A stretch of 64,000 bases of DNA from an uncultured Nitrospiraceae bacterium (GTDB lineage Bacteria; Nitrospirota; Nitrospiria; Nitrospirales; Nitrospiraceae): assembly GCA_963706325.1 (NCBI GenBank), contig CAVPLT010000007.1, forward strand, positions 544,001-608,000, given 5' to 3'. Below, one piece after another: positions 1 to 9,559 of the stretch. Position numbers and translations under genes: made by a program. A model generated the notes under the pieces. The model saw only the letters and a program-made list of their open reading frames with translations, did no database searches and was not told where the DNA came from. How positions within the stretch are numbered: position 1 is the stretch's first letter; each line of letters opens with the position of its first letter.

Positions 1-63
1 TCCCTGAAATAATTGCCGGGAAGAATACACATGGAATTCAAAACACGCGCTCTGAATGATAAA

Positions 64-93
64 TTTATACGCCCGCCCGGATGATGATTGCAA
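64..93 (-). promoter_or_regulatory. Putative sigma-70 promoter pointing out of the window
   Basis: Minus strand TTGCAA-N18-TATAAA in an AT-rich intergenic region. Confidence 0.35.
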
Positions 94-224
94 GTAGTTT
101 GACCTGATAAAATCCTGCCATTTACCTAGGGGTTTGACCTGGACGTAAAAAGACTGTTCTTGTGAGCACATAGCAGAACATGGGTCGCCTTCCCAAGTAA
201 ATGGAGCAAGTGAACAGATGACGG

Positions 225-1226
225 CTAGATTGGCGCGTCGCGCAAGGATTTGGCCGCTTCTTCGGGTGAAACCGGATTGACATAGAAACCGGTTCCCCAT
301 TCAAAGCCGGCGACTTGGGTGAGCTTGGGGATGATTTCGATGTGCCAGTGATAAAAATCCCCGGTTTTTTCATGCAGCGGAGAGCTGTGCAACATAAAGT
401 TGTACGCCGGGCGAGCCAGCACCGCGTTCATCCGCCGTAAGGCTTCCCCGAGGATCGAGGCCAGAAACTCGAACTGAGAGCGCTGACTTTCTTCGAAGTA
501 GCCTGCGTGTCGTTTGGGGAGGATCCACATTTCGAACGGGAAACGCGGCGCGTAAGGGGTCAGACACACAAACTCTGGATTCTCCAGCACCACCCGCGCG
601 CCTTCGGCCGATTCCTGGCGCATGATGTCGCAATAGATACAGCGTTCCTTTTGCTGGAAATGTTGCCGGCAACCGTCCATCTCTTCGAGCACGCTGGTCG
701 GCACGACCGGCAAGGCAATGAGTTGGGAGTGGCTGTGCTCTAATGTCGCGCCCGCTGCGGCGCCCTGATTTTTAAAAATCAGGATGTATCGAAAGCGAGG
801 ATCTTTCTTGAGGTCCAGGATGCGGTCGCGATAGGCCCACAGGACATCCTCAACTCGTTTCGCCGGAAGGTCGGCCAGGCTGTCCTTGTGGTTGGTAGTT
901 TCAATGATGACTTCATGGGCGCCGATTCCGTTCATTCGATCATAGAGGCCGAGCCCTTCACGGCCCATATCCCCCTCCACATGGAGCGCGGGAAATTTAT
1001 TAGGGATCACCCGCACCGTCCAGTTTGGACTGTCGGGATCGGAGGCCTGTGGTCGATATGCCAGTATTTCCTTTGGTGTCAGCCGTTCCTGACCAGGACA
1101 AAAAGGGCACATGGAGGCAGAGGGCGACGCTGCGGCGGGCACATGGAGGTCGTGGGGGCGGCCGCTCCGTTCGGTCGACACGATGACCCAACGGCCGACG
1201 ATCGGGTCTCTTCTCAGTTCAGGCAT
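225..1226 (-). CDS. galT: Galactose-1-phosphate uridylyltransferase family (GalT / HIT-like nucleotidyltransferase)
   Basis: MPELRRDPIVGRWV start, CPFCPG zinc motif, NKFPAL, HEVIIET, GATLEHSHSQ catalytic motif. Confidence 0.92.
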   Translation of the reverse strand: MPELRRDPIVGRWVIVSTERSGRPHDLHVPAAASPSASMCPFCPGQERLTPKEILAYRPQASDPDSPNWTVRVIPNKFPALHVEGDMGREGLGLYDRMNGIGAHEVIIETTNHKDSLADLPAKRVEDVLWAYRDRILDLKKDPRFRYILIFKNQGAAAGATLEHSHSQLIALPVVPTSVLEEMDGCRQHFQQKERCIYCDIMRQESAEGARVVLENPEFVCLTPYAPRFPFEMWILPKRHAGYFEESQRSQFEFLASILGEALRRMNAVLARPAYNFMLHSSPLHEKTGDFYHWHIEIIPKLTQVAGFEWGTGFYVNPVSPEEAAKSLRDAPI

Positions 1227-1253
1227 CGCGACTCCTATCGTTTTGAGCGCAAC

Positions 1254-3458
1254 TCAGACTCTCCACATCATGGCTTCGAACTCGTCGCCAGGCCGGTTGA
1301 AGGTCACCGGATTGTGATGGGGATAGCGGGCAATTTCCATCCGGTGCTCCGACACTGTCAACGTTAGACGCAGTTCATTGCCGACCTCGATGTCGAGATC
1401 CTTGAACGGCACCGCGAGTTCGAGAATCTTCCGCCGGCTGATCGTGCTGTAAGTCCCCACATTGCGATAGGCGCCGGTCTCGTCCGCCCGAGTCAGGAGG
1501 AATGTCTCAGTGCCGCTCGGCGCGAGGGTGAAGGACAGTATGTACTGCTGAATTCCCGATCCGATGTGAAGGTCGGCGGTGCAGTCTTCCTGTCGCGTCT
1601 GGGACCGTTCGTCGAAATCCAGCCGGAGATAGAGTCGCTCGTGGTCGAACCCGAAGAAGATTGCCGTGAAGAGCCCTTCCGACTTCCACATCGCTCCTAA
1701 CGGCGGGGTGGGGTTGATGGTTCCAGCGCCGCGCCACTCAAAAAAATTCGATACGATGCCATCGAGGGTCGGGGTTATGAAGGCCAGCGGAAGTTGCACC
1801 ACCTCCAACCCTTGCGGCGTGCGCGCTTCTATCAAAGGTTGATTCAGGATTTCGGGCGGTGTGACGCCGGCATAGGTCCAGACGTTGCGGAGGTGCGTTC
1901 GAAACAGGCGATCAAATTCTTGTTTGTAGTCGGTGTCGAAGTCGTCTCCGTACCACCAAAACCAGTCACTGCCTTCGGCCGCATACAGTTCGCTCCAGGC
2001 GGCGCGGGCTTGTTCTTGGCTGAGCGAGGGCGTCAATTCGACGAGTCGCGCACGCGTGTGCTGCAGGAGGTCCCACCCGCGATTGTCTTCCTGATGTCCG
2101 ATCCAGATCTTGAAGTCCTGATTGATCCAGGAACCGGAATGCAGATGGTCCAGATGTCGAGTCGGTGGATTGGTGGCCAGCGCCCGGCTAACGGTGTCCA
2201 TGTGCACGCGGATACCGTGGCCGATGTGGAGCCCATCCTGTTCGAACGCGCGAAATAGCAGGGAGAGGAACCGTTCGCCGCCGTCGTGATAATGCTCCCA
2301 GGGATTTTCTCCATCGAGGATCACGGCGACGATGCCTTGCTCCAGCGGAATATCATAGGCGAGGCCACGGACCCGCCGGAGGACATCGTCGGCAGCCGAC
2401 TCCGGCGTGGTCTTATGGTAGACGAAGCCGAAGGCGTCGGAGATGTCACGATCGCGGAACACAATCGTGAGCGGATGATCGGTCGGGCCGACGCTGTAGG
2501 GCTGATACAAATGATAGTGCCGGTTCCACGCGTCATTTCCCATTTGCAATGATCGGTAGAGATTGCCTTCGTCCGTTGCCAACCAACGGATCCCGGCTTT
2601 CTCCAATATCGGCAACATTTCCGGACAGACCGACCCCTCCGACGGCCACAACCCGACAGGCGGTCGGCCAAATGTCTTGGTATGATAATCGATGGCCAGC
2701 CGGATCTGCGCTTCGGCATCGGCCGGCGCATGAAAGCGAGCCGGAAGCGGCAAATCCGGCCGGGCGCGTCGCGTAAACTCGGAGTCGATGACCAGTGGCA
2801 GGATCGGGTGAAAGAACGGCGTGGTGGTCAGTTCGACCTGGCCGCGGTCCTGGAGCGCTTTGTACATCGGCACGATCTCTCGGATCGCCGTCTGTTGCAG
2901 GGCCAGCACTTCCTGCTTGTCTTCTTCCGTGAACCCACGGTTCTTTTTCCGCAATTCTGCCAGGCGTGGGAACTGTTGGAGACTGCCATAGCCAAACCAG
3001 GCGAGGTTGTGCCACACCTGGAGGTCGAGAAATTCCTGCGATGAAAATTGCTTGGCCAGACGATGCAAGTCCTGGCCGTGCACATCAAGGCCACGCTTCA
3101 CCAGCAACTCCTGGTAGCGGGGAAAGGGCCTGACCATAGTGGCCCAATTGGCCGAGAAAAAATGACGGATCAAAAAGGCTTTTTCTTCGGGCGTGAGGTC
3201 GGCAGCGCGACGTTGAGCATATTCGAGAAAGAGATCGCGGACGCGTCCGGTCGAGAATTCTTCGAGCTGAAGCAGGAGTGACGGGGTGAAGTTAAAGGTG
3301 GAGCGCGCCTGTGGAAACCGGTCGAGCAGGAAGGCCATATCGTAATAGGCCTTCGTGGCGTGTAAACGGACCCACGGCATACTCGCGGATCCCGTAATCG
3401 GGTCCGTATAGTACGGCTGGTGCATATGCCAGAGGAAGCAGAGCTGAATGGTTTTCAT
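1254..3458 (-). CDS. Glycoside hydrolase family 57 (amylopullulanase / alpha-amylase type)
   Basis: WHMHQPYY, GLWPSEGSV (nucleophile), ILDGENPWE (acid/base) and AEGSDWFWW GH57 motifs. Confidence 0.92.
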   Translation of the reverse strand: MKTIQLCFLWHMHQPYYTDPITGSASMPWVRLHATKAYYDMAFLLDRFPQARSTFNFTPSLLLQLEEFSTGRVRDLFLEYAQRRAADLTPEEKAFLIRHFFSANWATMVRPFPRYQELLVKRGLDVHGQDLHRLAKQFSSQEFLDLQVWHNLAWFGYGSLQQFPRLAELRKKNRGFTEEDKQEVLALQQTAIREIVPMYKALQDRGQVELTTTPFFHPILPLVIDSEFTRRARPDLPLPARFHAPADAEAQIRLAIDYHTKTFGRPPVGLWPSEGSVCPEMLPILEKAGIRWLATDEGNLYRSLQMGNDAWNRHYHLYQPYSVGPTDHPLTIVFRDRDISDAFGFVYHKTTPESAADDVLRRVRGLAYDIPLEQGIVAVILDGENPWEHYHDGGERFLSLLFRAFEQDGLHIGHGIRVHMDTVSRALATNPPTRHLDHLHSGSWINQDFKIWIGHQEDNRGWDLLQHTRARLVELTPSLSQEQARAAWSELYAAEGSDWFWWYGDDFDTDYKQEFDRLFRTHLRNVWTYAGVTPPEILNQPLIEARTPQGLEVVQLPLAFITPTLDGIVSNFFEWRGAGTINPTPPLGAMWKSEGLFTAIFFGFDHERLYLRLDFDERSQTRQEDCTADLHIGSGIQQYILSFTLAPSGTETFLLTRADETGAYRNVGTYSTISRRKILELAVPFKDLDIEVGNELRLTLTVSEHRMEIARYPHHNPVTFNRPGDEFEAMMWRV

Positions 3459-3602
3459 CGGGAAGTTTCTTGCAGACTCGGGGGCAGTATGTCATAGGGG
3501 TATGAGGGTTGCAACGAATGCACAGGTTTGTGCGTGAGTCGAGTCTCCGGTGTCATGGTCGGACGACGGGTACGTCGTTTCTGGAATGAGGAGTCGAGAA
3601 GA

Positions 3603-4052
3603 ATGGCAGTGGATCCGGTCATCTCGTCAAGCATCCCCATGGAATCTCGCTCCGTCGTCGGCTCGACATTGCGGTATTGGGGACCGGTGGGGCTCTATGC
3701 CGCACTGATTTTCGGAGGGTCTTCCATTTCCAATCCACCTGAGTCCATTGCCTCGGTCCTGAAAGAAATTTCAGACAAAGCGCTGCATCTGGCGGAGTAC
3801 AGTATTCTAGGCGCCTTGACCTACCGAGCCTGTCGCCATGCCGCCGGGCCCCGGGCCGCGCGCCATGCCGTGATCGTGGCGGTGGTCGGCTGTGGGGTCT
3901 ACGGTTTAAGCGATGAGGTGCATCAACTGTTCGTGCCGTTCCGGCAAGGCGATTCGCTGGACCTGGTCGCCGATACGGCAGGCGCTCTGCTGGGGGCTTT
4001 GACGTGGCGATGGGCGGAATGGCGTAATGCCGGGCCTCTGGGTCGAGGTTAA
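3603..4052 (+). CDS. VanZ family membrane protein
   Basis: DKALHLAEY and DEVHQLFVPFR..DLVAD motifs; GAGGAG RBS before ATG 3603. Confidence 0.85.
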   Translation: MAVDPVISSSIPMESRSVVGSTLRYWGPVGLYAALIFGGSSISNPPESIASVLKEISDKALHLAEYSILGALTYRACRHAAGPRAARHAVIVAVVGCGVYGLSDEVHQLFVPFRQGDSLDLVADTAGALLGALTWRWAEWRNAGPLGRG

Positions 4053-4229
4053 CCCGGATTATTCATGCATGCCGTCGTGAGGCGTTCGAGACTGAAGCCC
4101 GCCGGGGTTTCTCGCAAGTAAGGCCGACGTAGGCGTACTTGTAGTCCGTCGAGGAGGCCGAACGAGAAAAGCCCCGCCGGGCGAGAGGATCGGACGACGT
4201 AACAGGTATTCATTAATAGTCCGGGTTAA
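4049..4229. repeat. MITE/REP-like palindromic element with 25-bp imperfect terminal inverted repeats
   Basis: TTAACCCGGATTATTCATGCATGCC (4049-4073) vs reverse complement of 4205-4229 (21/25 match); internal AGGCGTAC..GTCCGTCGAGGA core resembles the elements at 8014 and 18241. Confidence 0.75.
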
Positions 4230-4528
4230 GTTCCCAACGCGGTCATTTCATCGTTCAATCCCCATTCGGGTAATTCTCGCAGCATTCTTCCGATCCTGCC
4301 TGCGTTTGATTGTGCCTGAAAGGCCTCGCGATCAGCGTCGGCTATTCTTCGACATCGTACGCAGCGTAACGCCCGGATCCACACATGGCCTCCGGCGTCC
4401 ACCGTGTCAATATACAGGTCAGCCACGAGGTGACCCTGACATGCGGAACAGTTAGGGGAGGTCTGGACGCGGGCTCGAGCTGATGTCGGTAGGGCTCTGG
4501 AGTTCCCATCAGAGTGCCTGTGTGCCAT
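4226..4528 (-). CDS. Small hypothetical protein with a zinc-ribbon-like pair of CxxC motifs
   Basis: AGGAGG RBS before ATG 4528; CSAC...CVRC; sigma-54 promoter upstream. Confidence 0.65.
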   Translation of the reverse strand: MAHRHSDGNSRALPTSARARVQTSPNCSACQGHLVADLYIDTVDAGGHVWIRALRCVRCRRIADADREAFQAQSNAGRIGRMLRELPEWGLNDEMTALGT

Positions 4529-4589
4529 GGGTACCCTCCTGAGTATGAGTGTGGCGACAAATGGTTCGTGCGTTCTGAGTATTGATCTA

Positions 4590-4605
4590 AGCAAATTGAA
4601 TGCCT
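4590..4605 (-). promoter_or_regulatory. Sigma-54 (-24/-12) promoter
   Basis: Minus strand AGGCATTCAATTTGCT = GG-N10-GC, about 60 bp upstream of ATG 4528. Confidence 0.65.
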
Positions 4606-4917
4606 GCAAGCCGAAGTTGCTGTAAGCGATCCAGGAGGTCGTGATGCGAGTTAGTGAGGCGAGGAAAGAGGACTGTGAAAGTCAGGTCAGACGTATCATT
4701 GGTCCGCGAGCGGTGGTTCGTTCGAGGCCACCCAGGCGGTGGATGCGCGAGAGAAGCGTTCCGTCGTTGCCGCTGTAGGTGGCCGGAACCAAATCGGTCA
4801 ATCTCAGGCAGGCCGCGATTTCGGATTCAGTCGGTCGCCCCCGTCCGGCTGCGGGTGAACATTTGCGATCCATAGCGGGGTAATTTTTGCCATGAGAGAG
4901 CCGTCGGTGCCCCATGC

Positions 4918-5889
4918 TCACCAGGCATAGGCTTCTGGGGCTGCGCCTCCAGGGCCGGGAAAAATTTTATCCAGCTCCTTGAGCGTGTCCGCGGTCAGCG
5001 TCAGTTTAAGGCTCTGCATAGCGCCAGTCAGCTGTTCCATCGTGCGAGGTCCGATGATGGGGGCGGTGACGGCCGGTTGGTGCAACAGCCAGGCGAGGGC
5101 CACCGCGGCCGGTGCGACGCGTAGCGTTGCACAGAGCCGTTCGTAGGCTTCGAGCTGTGGGCGATGAGTCTCGATGTCCTTGCGAATATCCGCATCCGCT
5201 CGCCGACCGGCCTTGCTCGGGGTCAAGGCTCCGCCAAGAAGGCCGCGTCCCAACGGACTCCAAGGAATGAGGCCGACTCCATAAGCCTGGCAGGCCGGAA
5301 TCACTTCGAGCTCAACGGTTCGTTCGAGGAGATTGTAAAGGCTCTGTTCCGAGATGAGGCCGAGAAAATGGCGTGACTTCGCGAGTTCCTGGGCCTGTGC
5401 AATGTGCCAGCCTGCAAAATTACTGCTGCCGATGTAGAGCACCTTCCCTTCGCGGCAGAGCTGTTCCATGGCTTGCCACAGTTCCTCCCAGGGACAGTCA
5501 CGGTCGATATGATGCATTTGGTAGAGATCGATGTGGTCTGTCTGCAAGCGTCGGAGGCTTGCTTCGCAGGCGCGTTTGATATGGAAGGCCGACAGGTGAG
5601 ACTGGTTGGGCCAGTTTCCCATGCGCCCGTATACCTTCGTAGCCAGGACGATTTTTTCTCGCCGTCCGCCGCCCTGCGCCAGCCAGCGGCCGACGATTTG
5701 TTCGGTGATGCCTTCGCCGACTTTCCAGCCGTACACGTTGGCGCTGTCAAAAAAATTGATGCCCAGCTCCAAGGCCTGATCCATGATGCCAAAGCTGTCG
5801 GGTTCGGAAGTGTGCGGCCCGAAGTTCATCGTGCCGAGACAGAGGCGGCTGACACGAACTCCTGAACGGCCGAGATGAACGTACTGCAT
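4918..5889 (-). CDS. Aldo/keto reductase
   Basis: VSRLCLGTMNFG, FDSANVYG, SLRRLQTDHIDLYQMH, PWSPLG, PIIGPRT; AGGAGG RBS. Confidence 0.93.
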   Translation of the reverse strand: MQYVHLGRSGVRVSRLCLGTMNFGPHTSEPDSFGIMDQALELGINFFDSANVYGWKVGEGITEQIVGRWLAQGGGRREKIVLATKVYGRMGNWPNQSHLSAFHIKRACEASLRRLQTDHIDLYQMHHIDRDCPWEELWQAMEQLCREGKVLYIGSSNFAGWHIAQAQELAKSRHFLGLISEQSLYNLLERTVELEVIPACQAYGVGLIPWSPLGRGLLGGALTPSKAGRRADADIRKDIETHRPQLEAYERLCATLRVAPAAVALAWLLHQPAVTAPIIGPRTMEQLTGAMQSLKLTLTADTLKELDKIFPGPGGAAPEAYAW

Positions 5890-6069
5890 AGGCGCCTCCT
5901 TCCGGTTTGTTCAATAGGATACCGGCTTAAGGCGAGGAGTGACAACCGGTGCATGGGGGGCCGCAAGTTATCATGTGGACAGGATCACGAGGTGTGCAAC
6001 AACGCGGCCGCATGCAAGAGGTGACTTTCTGCTGGCAGTTGGAAACGGTTTGGCTATAATGCCGATCGT

Positions 6070-7170
6070 ATGGCCACTACCAATCCTGCCGCACCTGCAA
6101 CACCTATTGCGCCTCCTGATGCCTCGCGCATTGCGAAGACCGTGGCGAACCAATTGCCGTTTCATGGGGAGTTCGCCTGTCTGACCGCGCTCGCGGGGGA
6201 TGCGTCCAATCGCCGGTATTTTAGGCTCATGCTGAAGGGCACGCCCTCATCACTGATCCTCATGCAGCTGGCCGATCCGGAGGGCTTCAAGAAATCGGAA
6301 GAGGCGGTCAGCGGAGCCTCTTCCCAGATTACGGAACTTCCTTTTACCAACGTGCTGACGCATCTGCAGCGTACCGGTGTGACGGTCCCCCGGCTGCAAT
6401 ACTACGATCGCGAATCCGGCCTGTTGTATTTGGAAGATTTCGGCGATGTGACCTTGGCGGAAGCTTGTCGCAACGCTGATCGGGCCAAGTTAGACGCTCT
6501 CTATCGTGGGGCGATCGATCAACTGGTGCTGTTGCAGGTGAAGGGAACGACGCCAGCCGAGCCGCGCTGCATCGCTTTTCACCGACGTTTCGATGTGCCG
6601 CTCTTAATGTGGGAATTCGACCACTTTCTGGAATATGGCATTACGGCTCGCTTGGGCAAGCCGATGGCTCCGGCCGACGAGGCGGCGATTAGAGCGGAGT
6701 TCCAACGCATCGCCGAGCTACTGGCGGGACAATCGCAGGTCTTTGTGCATCGCGATTACCATTCACGTAATCTCATGGTGGACGGATCGCGGATCGGCAT
6801 CATCGATTTTCAAGATGCCTTGATGGGGCCGGCCACGTATGATTTGGCGTCGCTCTTGAAAGATGCTTACATCGAGTTGGACGAGGCTGTGGTGGATGGA
6901 TTGATCGATCACTTCCTGAATGGTCTCACTGCTCATGGGCAGGGCTGGGTTGATCGAACTGCGTTTCGGCGTCTGTTCGACCTCACCAGCATTCAGCGCA
7001 ATCTTAAGGCCGCCGGCCGGTTTGTCTATATCGATCAGGTGAAACATAATCCCAAATTTCTTGCCGATATTCCCCGTGTGTTAGGTTACGTGAAACGCAA
7101 CATCTCTAAGTATCCCGAGCTGTCTGCGCTCGGGCAGCGCTTGGCGCCCTACGTCGCTGAACTGCGATAA
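6070..7170 (+). CDS. amgK: Anomeric MurNAc/GlcNAc kinase (AmgK; aminoglycoside phosphotransferase fold)
   Basis: GDASNRRYFR, LEDFGD, HRDYHSRNLM, IIDFQDA; adjacent to a MurU-like gene. Confidence 0.82.
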   Translation: MATTNPAAPATPIAPPDASRIAKTVANQLPFHGEFACLTALAGDASNRRYFRLMLKGTPSSLILMQLADPEGFKKSEEAVSGASSQITELPFTNVLTHLQRTGVTVPRLQYYDRESGLLYLEDFGDVTLAEACRNADRAKLDALYRGAIDQLVLLQVKGTTPAEPRCIAFHRRFDVPLLMWEFDHFLEYGITARLGKPMAPADEAAIRAEFQRIAELLAGQSQVFVHRDYHSRNLMVDGSRIGIIDFQDALMGPATYDLASLLKDAYIELDEAVVDGLIDHFLNGLTAHGQGWVDRTAFRRLFDLTSIQRNLKAAGRFVYIDQVKHNPKFLADIPRVLGYVKRNISKYPELSALGQRLAPYVAELR

Positions 7171-7197
7171 CGCCGCGGTAGAAACAGCATCCCTGCT

Positions 7198-7938
7198 ATG
7201 AAGGCCATGATTCTCGCAGCTGGCTTCGGGACCCGGTTGAGGCCTCTCACCGACGTGACGCCCAAGCCGCTCCTCCCGGTTGCCGGTACTCCCATGATTG
7301 TCTGGAACTTGCTGCTCCTGAAGCGTCACGGCATTCTGGACGTCGTGATCAATCTCCATCATTTGGGGGCAATGATCGAGCAGGCATTGGGCGGCGGCGC
7401 ACGCTTCGGAATGCGGATCACCTATTCGCATGAGCCCGTGATTTTAGGCACCGGGGGAGGGATCAAGCAGGCTGAAAGCTCGTTTGGCGGCGAGCCGGTA
7501 CTCGTACTCAACGGCGATACTTTGTTTGAGCTAAACCTCACGTCGCTCCTCGCCTTCCATCAAGAGCGTGACGCGGCGGCGACGTTGGTGTTGCGTCATG
7601 ATCCCGAGGCGGCTCGTTGGGGGCTCGTCGAGGTGACCAATCAGGCCCAGGTTATGCGGATCACCGGCCGCGGTCGTTCCCTGTCACCACCCACGACGCC
7701 GCGAATGTTCGCCGGTATCCATATTCTGCACCCGCGCCTCTTGCGTTCCCTGGCGGTCGGCAAGGAATCTTCAATCATCGATGCCTATGTGCAGGGCATT
7801 CAGGAAGGGGAACGCATCATGGGATACGATTTCGACGGCTATTGGACCGACGTCGGCACGCCGGAACGGTATGCGCAGGTGGAACGTGATGCAGCGGCCG
7901 GATTGCTGAGTTTGGCCGCGAGAACCGCTGATGCCTAA
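7198..7938 (+). CDS. murU: MurNAc-1-phosphate uridylyltransferase / nucleotidyltransferase
   Basis: MKAMILAAGFGTRLRPLT..PKPLL, LGTGGGI, WTDVGT; downstream of amgK. Confidence 0.8.
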   Translation: MKAMILAAGFGTRLRPLTDVTPKPLLPVAGTPMIVWNLLLLKRHGILDVVINLHHLGAMIEQALGGGARFGMRITYSHEPVILGTGGGIKQAESSFGGEPVLVLNGDTLFELNLTSLLAFHQERDAAATLVLRHDPEAARWGLVEVTNQAQVMRITGRGRSLSPPTTPRMFAGIHILHPRLLRSLAVGKESSIIDAYVQGIQEGERIMGYDFDGYWTDVGTPERYAQVERDAAAGLLSLAARTADA

Positions 7939-8013
7939 GCTTAATAGGCTGTGGGAAAAAATGCCGAAGTTTCTAGGATTTGATGGGCAGGTGGTTGAAC
8001 AGGTTACGACTAT

Positions 8014-8137
8014 GCAGGATGGTCAAAAGGGCCGTCCAGCAAGGCCGCAGCGAGTGAAGGGCCGAGGCGTACCGCAGGGTACGTTGAGGATCTGAACGAT
8101 GCGAGAACGAAGCTGGTGGCCGTTTTCACCATCCTGC
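8014..8137. repeat. Palindromic MITE/REP-like element (family copy 1), possibly extending left to about 7946
   Basis: GCAGGATGGTCAAAAGGGCC ... GGCCGTTTTCACCATCCTGC inverted repeats (18/20); central CGTACC-GCAG-GGTACG hairpin; homologous to 18241-18360 in the opposite orientation. Confidence 0.8.
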
Positions 8138-8141
8138 CTTC

Positions 8142-9533
8142 TTAGTCGCCGGCGTTGGGTTTTCGTTGCTTAATCAAGCGGGCAAGATAGGTTCGCTGTA
8201 GATCGAGAAACTCAGCTGCTTTGGTCTGATTGCCTGCCGCCCTGTCCAATGCTCGCTCGATGATATGAGCGCTGTGGGCTTCCATGGACTCATGGTAGGT
8301 GAGGTTCATGTAAGGAAGGGCGTTCTCCGCCGTTCCTCTTCCGGCACCCTCGTCGGTAGTCAACGCCAAAAACTCCGGTTCAATCACATCACTGGGACTG
8401 AGCACCACCGCGCGTGAGAGAACATTGTCGAGTTCGCGGATGTTGCCGGGCCAGGGGTAATGGGTCAATGCGGTGCGGGCGGCGGGGCTAAGTGTCACGT
8501 TCGGGCGCTTGGCTTCGTACGCATGCCGTTTGAGAAAAAAATCGGCGAGTCTCGGGACGTCTTCGCTGCGGTCCCGTAACGGTGGAAGCGTGAAGCTCAC
8601 GACATTGAGACGGAAGAAGAGATCTTCCCTGAACTGTCCGGCTTTCACCGCCTGCTTCAGATCCTTATTGGTAGCTGCCACGAAGCGAATGTTAACGGAC
8701 ACCGGACGGGTACCGCCGACCCGTTGGAATTCCTTGTCTTGCAGGACGCGCAACAGTTTGGCCTGTAACGGCAAGGGCATGTCCCCGATCTCGTCGAGGA
8801 AGACCGTGCCCCCGTCGGCCATTTCAAGCTTGCCCTTTTGGAGCCGATCGGCTCCGGTAAAAGATCCACGTTCATGGCCGAAGAGTTCGTTCTCGAGCAG
8901 GGTTTCCGTGAGCGCCACGCAATTGATCACGACCATGGGCATGCCTTGGCGCGGGCTCCATTGGTGGATGGAGCGGGCAAAGAGTTCCTTGCCCGTTCCG
9001 CTTTCGCCGAGCAACAGAATGCTGGCGTCCGAGTTGGCGGCGCGCTGCGCCGATTCAATGATGGCTTTAATCTTCTGGCTGTCCCCGACAATGGTGGCGT
9101 ACCGGTTCTGAATGTCGGATTTAAGGGCAGCCACTTGCCGTTTCAACGAGTCGCGCTCAAGCGCTTTTTGAATCACAATCAGCAAATGGTCTTTTTCGAG
9201 TGGCTTTGTCAGAAAGTCGTAGGCGCCCTGGCGCATGGCTTCGACGGCATCCGGAATCGTACCCGCGGCCGTCATGACGATGACGGGGATATCGTCGATC
9301 TGTTTGTTTTGGGCCATGCGCTTCAGCACGTCCATCCCCTTGAGGCGAGGCAAGTAGAGATCGAGCAGGACTAGGTTTGGGGATTCCTGCTCGATAAGCT
9401 CGATTCCGCGCTGACCGTCGGCGGCCGTCAGGGTCCGATAGCCGCCGGCGTCGAGACGATCTTGCAACATCGTGACGATGTCCTGATCGTCATCCACAAT
9501 CAGCACTTTAGCCTTCGTCGCGGTTCCGCTCAT
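8142..9533 (-). CDS. Sigma-54-dependent two-component response regulator (NtrC/ZraR family)
   Basis: REC domain (IVDDD, LLD), AAA+ GESGTGKE, GSFTGA, FLDEIG, WPGNIREL, Fis-type HTH. Confidence 0.93.
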   Translation of the reverse strand: MSGTATKAKVLIVDDDQDIVTMLQDRLDAGGYRTLTAADGQRGIELIEQESPNLVLLDLYLPRLKGMDVLKRMAQNKQIDDIPVIVMTAAGTIPDAVEAMRQGAYDFLTKPLEKDHLLIVIQKALERDSLKRQVAALKSDIQNRYATIVGDSQKIKAIIESAQRAANSDASILLLGESGTGKELFARSIHQWSPRQGMPMVVINCVALTETLLENELFGHERGSFTGADRLQKGKLEMADGGTVFLDEIGDMPLPLQAKLLRVLQDKEFQRVGGTRPVSVNIRFVAATNKDLKQAVKAGQFREDLFFRLNVVSFTLPPLRDRSEDVPRLADFFLKRHAYEAKRPNVTLSPAARTALTHYPWPGNIRELDNVLSRAVVLSPSDVIEPEFLALTTDEGAGRGTAENALPYMNLTYHESMEAHSAHIIERALDRAAGNQTKAAEFLDLQRTYLARLIKQRKPNAGD

Positions 9534-9559
9534 TCCGTCACCCTCATTCTTGGCGAGGC

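Noticed and set aside
4682..4921. 79-aa ORF overlapping the aldo/keto reductase stop
   Set aside because: No motif or clear RBS, and it covers the likely upstream regulatory region of the sigma-54 promoter. Not excluded, but unsupported.
6070..7170. Aminoglycoside resistance phosphotransferase
   Set aside because: The GDAS.R.Y.R and HRDYHSRN motifs plus the adjacent MurU-like gene indicate the peptidoglycan-recycling kinase AmgK.
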